64,000 bases of DNA from Vitrella brassicaformis CCMP3155 (taxonomy: Eukaryota > Protista > Chromerida), in contig CDMY01000791.1 in NCBI GenBank assembly GCA_001179505.1, positions 201,880 to 265,879 on the forward strand, read 5' to 3'. The position numbers were made by a program, and so were the translations under genes. The notes below the pieces were generated by a model. That model ran no database searches. It was given only the letters and a program-made list of their open reading frames with translations, and was not told where the DNA came from. Shown here piece by piece: positions 60,536 through 64,000 of this stretch (within the stretch, counting starts at the first letter, position 1; each line of letters begins with the position of its first letter).

Positions 60536-61900
60536 ATGGAAGCGGCAGGTGAAGTGCACTCACACAAGCGGAGGGAAGCAGGCGGGCATTCATCAGCATG
60601 ACTGTCTTGTCCGTCTGTGTGGCAGGTGAACGTGATGGTGGTGGGGCTGGCAGTGGGTCCTCTGCGACTCGTCTGCCCGGCAGTGCCACTCATGCCGCGA
60701 ACCATCAGGTGGGCACTCAGCACCGGGCTCATCTTGTCGCACCAACACGTGTGTGTGTGTGTGTGTGTGTGTGGCGCTCATGTCGTGCAGGCCGTCAGTG
60801 ATCGTGACTTACTCCATCGCATGCGGGCGGGGCTGGATCTCATGCGTGACCTCGCCGACACACTGCAGACACAGGTATGCGCCCGGTCGCTTCCGTGAGC
60901 ACGTGCCTCATGTATTGGCTTCTTATGTGTCAGTGCGTCGATCTGTCGGCGACCCGAGACGCCCTTTCTGGTCGGCTGTCTGAGGGGCTGATGCGCATCG
61001 AGTCGCAAGTCGACGACATGAGGCGATCATCGACAGCTCACAGGTGCGCACGTCGACATATGTGCGGGATGTGGGTGCACTTGCATGGCTTCGTGTGGTG
61101 TGGTGTGGTGTGCCCTCAGGTCGGTGTTGACGAGGCGAGTGGCGTAGAAGGAGAGGCAAGCGACACATCTGACGCACCTCACTCGGTAGGTTCTCGAAGA
61201 GGAGAGAGAGCATCAGTGGCGGCGGGCAATCTGATGCACATGTGTGTGTGCAGGCCCATGCTGCTGTGAGGGCGGATGGCTCCTCGGTGCCCTCTTCCCT
61301 TGCCGCTGCTGCTAGTGCTGTGTCTGCTGCTGGTGGCCGGGGTATGAGACGACAGAGGGATGACACGGCGACCCATAAGATGCACCAAGAGCTGTCTGTG
61401 TGTGTGTGCAGGTGGTGTGTCGGGGGACCTTGGGCAAGGAGGAGAGAGCAAAGGCCAGCAACAGCTTCAGGAGGTCAGTGTGTGAATGCACTGACAGACA
61501 TGGCTCCCGGGATTCATTGCTCTCACTCCCCTTGTCCGTCTGTCTGTCTGTCTGTCTGTCAGGGTGTCGGCAGTCTGACGAGTGAGCCGCTGTGCGAGTG
61601 GACGACGTCATGCCCCTCCTTCACCACTAAGATGACCTCAGTGCGGCCTCGCGAGGTCGAGAAGGGGCCGGCGGAGATGACAGAGGACAACCACCACAAC
61701 AAGATCATCGCGCCACGTGCTCTCAACAAGAGCGGCAGCCACAGCAGAGGCCGGTCGTCCTTCGTGTCGCCTCGAGTGGTGTCCCGGTCGCCGCATGATG
61801 ACACATCACCCTCTGGCCAGCACACGTCTGATGGACAGGTGAGGCAAACCCAACCCAACAGCAGCCCCTTGCTGGCGCCATGCAGTCCATATCTTTCTGT
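60536..61900 (+). pseudogene. Family A 5' module (truncated)
   Basis: Collinear with 15115-16500 and, inverted, with 28700-29349. Confidence 0.65.
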
Positions 61901-62208
61901 CCGGTCCATCAGGTTTCCGTGGGCATGTCCCCCGTCTGCAGAGGCCGCTCGTCATCCCTTCCGCCTCCTGTGCTGCCCCGGTCGCCAGCGCCGTCATCGG
62001 CGGCGGCGTCCCACCAGGACACCCCCGGTGCACACGTAAGGAGCAGAGCACAGGAGCCACCCGTCGATGCCATCACTGACAGTGTGATGGATGTTGATGG
62101 CCTTGTGTATGTTGTCATCAGGAGCTTTCGTCAACTTTCCTGGTCGAGAAGGGGATTGGGAAGAAGCCCAAATCTAAGGTCAAGGCGTATAAATCGCGGT
62201 GTCTGGAG

Positions 62209-64000
62209 ATGTGGGACAGCTTCTATGGGTCCTCCTCGATCCACGGTCACGATGGCGAGACGCACTACGAGGAGTCTTCGTCCCACGACAAGCTCTTCGA
62301 GCAGGGGGGCTCACCCATCCCTCCTGTAATCATCGCTGAATGTGTTGATGGGTTCGCCGTGCTCGAGCATGGCATGGTGCTGAAGGACCCCCGAGGTCTT
62401 CTGCCTCCTTCTTTCGGCGTGGCTGAGAGGGGCGATGGACACCAGGCTGCCGCCCTGACGCTCGAGGGAGGTGTGCGGCATGGGGCACGTGGTGGCGGCA
62501 GCAGTGGGCGAGACGAGCCCGCGGCTGGCGGGGAGGGGGGAGTGGTTGCTGAGGCGGCGTTGCCCAAGAGAGAGGGGCCCGCGGCCACCAAGGAGTCGCC
62601 ACCATTGCCCGGCCCGTCAGAGGCCGCAGAGGAGGAAGGCATCGAGGCGCCCTCTGTCGACCCCCGCGCCGCCCAGCAAGGCACTACGGCCCCCTCCAAG
62701 TCAGTCGTCACCGAGCCGTCGCCCCGCAGCGAGGCAGCTGGGACCAACGAGGAACCTACTGCTGCGCATGCCCCTGCTGCCTCCCCTGACGACTCCAAGT
62801 GGGAGGTCGTGTCGGCCGAGGTGCGCACAGACAGCCAAACAGCTGCGGGCGGGGGGCAGACACACACAGCTAGCTGCTGATCAGAGAGACGCTCTCCATT
62901 GATGTTCGGTGTGCCTGTGTCTCCTGTCTCTTAACGCAGAAGCCCCCAGCCGCAGCTCCGAGGGCGCCAAGCCTGGGAGAGGACAAAGGACTGGCCGAAG
63001 CCATGGACATGCTCGAGAGCGCCATCACCCACGACCAAGAAAAGTCCCTCAGCCGCAGTGGCCACTCCAAGGAGCAGCTGATGGACATTGCTGTGCTGGT
63101 GTCTACGATCGATGGACTCGAGAAGGCCCATCAGATCCTCACGGCCAACATCCCCCGATTCGACTTCGTCAAGCATGCCCGCCCAGCCAGAACCCCTGAC
63201 CAGAGGCCGTGCGTCGATGTCAGCCTTATCAAGATGGGAGACGGATGGTGCAAGCTCACCAACGGCGTCCATGAGCGGGTGGATTCCGGCCCGCTGCGCC
63301 TGATGGACTTGAATGCGCCGAATATCCTCCTCTCCCTCACACTAGCGGAGCTCCGCATCGAGCCCGCGGCGCCCTCGGCCACGGCACCATCAGCCACGTC
63401 TGCGGCATCACCAGCGGTCCAGCACTCGGCCGTGGGCAGCCAGGCACCGCAGCCGCCACCGCAAACGGACCCACAACCTGGTATGGGAGAGATGATGATG
63501 TATGCCAAGATGTCTATGCGTTGTTTGTTTGCTTCAGGCGAGTCGTCCAGTGACATGGCGATGGGCAGCGAGGTGAAGGAGAGCCAGCCCATGCCGCCCA
63601 CCGCACTGCCAAAGGTGAGCTGCTATGCCCATTCATCCATCCACTCAAAAACATTTCCTTTGTTGCTTATGCTGGCAGCCGATTTCGCGTGACGCCCCCG
63701 CCCTCATCGATTGACATGGCATCCTCCCCAGCCCCCCTTCACTCGCAACAGCAGCAGCATCACCGGCTGTTGGCCAACATGGACCACAGCTGCACGTCGG
63801 CCACATCGCTGGCGTCAGGTCTGGGCGCACCACCGCCGGCACCGACGGCGTGGCTGAGAGGGGCGATGGACACCAGGCTGCCGCCCTGACGCTCGAGGAA
63901 GGTGTGCGGCATGGGGCACGTGGTGGCGGCAGCAGTGGGCGAGACGAGCCCGCGGCTGGCGGGGAGGGGGGAGTGGTTGCTGAGGCGGCGTTGCCCGAGA
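62209..64000 (+). pseudogene. Degenerate kinase-like gene (K5), runs off right edge, in-frame TGA at 63712
   Basis: Exon 62209-62820, then intron, then ...EQLMDIAVLVSTIDGLEKAHQILTANIP...GPLRLMDLNAPNILL (catalytic-loop-like, HRD replaced). Introns at ~63482-63537 and ~63615-63678; next exon hits TGA at 63712-63714. Confidence 0.6.

Noticed and set aside
11600-64000. Autonomous transposon or retroelement
   Set aside because: No RT, integrase, DDE, tyrosine recombinase or Rep/helicase motifs recognised, and no clear TIRs, LTRs or TSDs at the duplication ends.

Overview
Eukaryotic, GC-rich, intron-dense nuclear DNA. Introns carry (CA)n, (CAGA)n, (CATC)n and (GAGT)n microsatellites. A plastid/thylakoid-targeted gene with a signal peptide plus transit peptide, together with PAN/apple and subtilase genes, suggests a chromerid alga such as Vitrella brassicaformis; this is inference, not a database result. 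The window has two parts. (1) Positions 1-11.6 kb hold five compact genes in which I traced no frame-disrupting lesion: a dsRBD protein with a mitochondrial-type presequence, a 2-TM orphan, a PsbQ-like lumenal protein fused to a KOW motif, RPL15, and a PX-domain/helical/coiled-coil protein. (2) Positions 11.7-64 kb are a patchwork of frameshifted, truncated and chimeric copies of a few lineage-specific families, plus repeated non-coding modules and four 300-N gaps. The families are a degenerate kinase-like family, an ankyrin-like family, an F-box/LRR-like family, a subtilase-PAN gene and a CCCH finger gene. The most unusual sequence-level signal is an array of four 28-bp imperfect palindromes at 59088-59210. 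Their stems show compensatory substitutions and fold best on the minus strand (G-U wobble, tandem U-U). No transposase, rRNA, tRNA or CRISPR array was recognised. Exon boundaries were read by eye from GT-AG signals and frame continuity.
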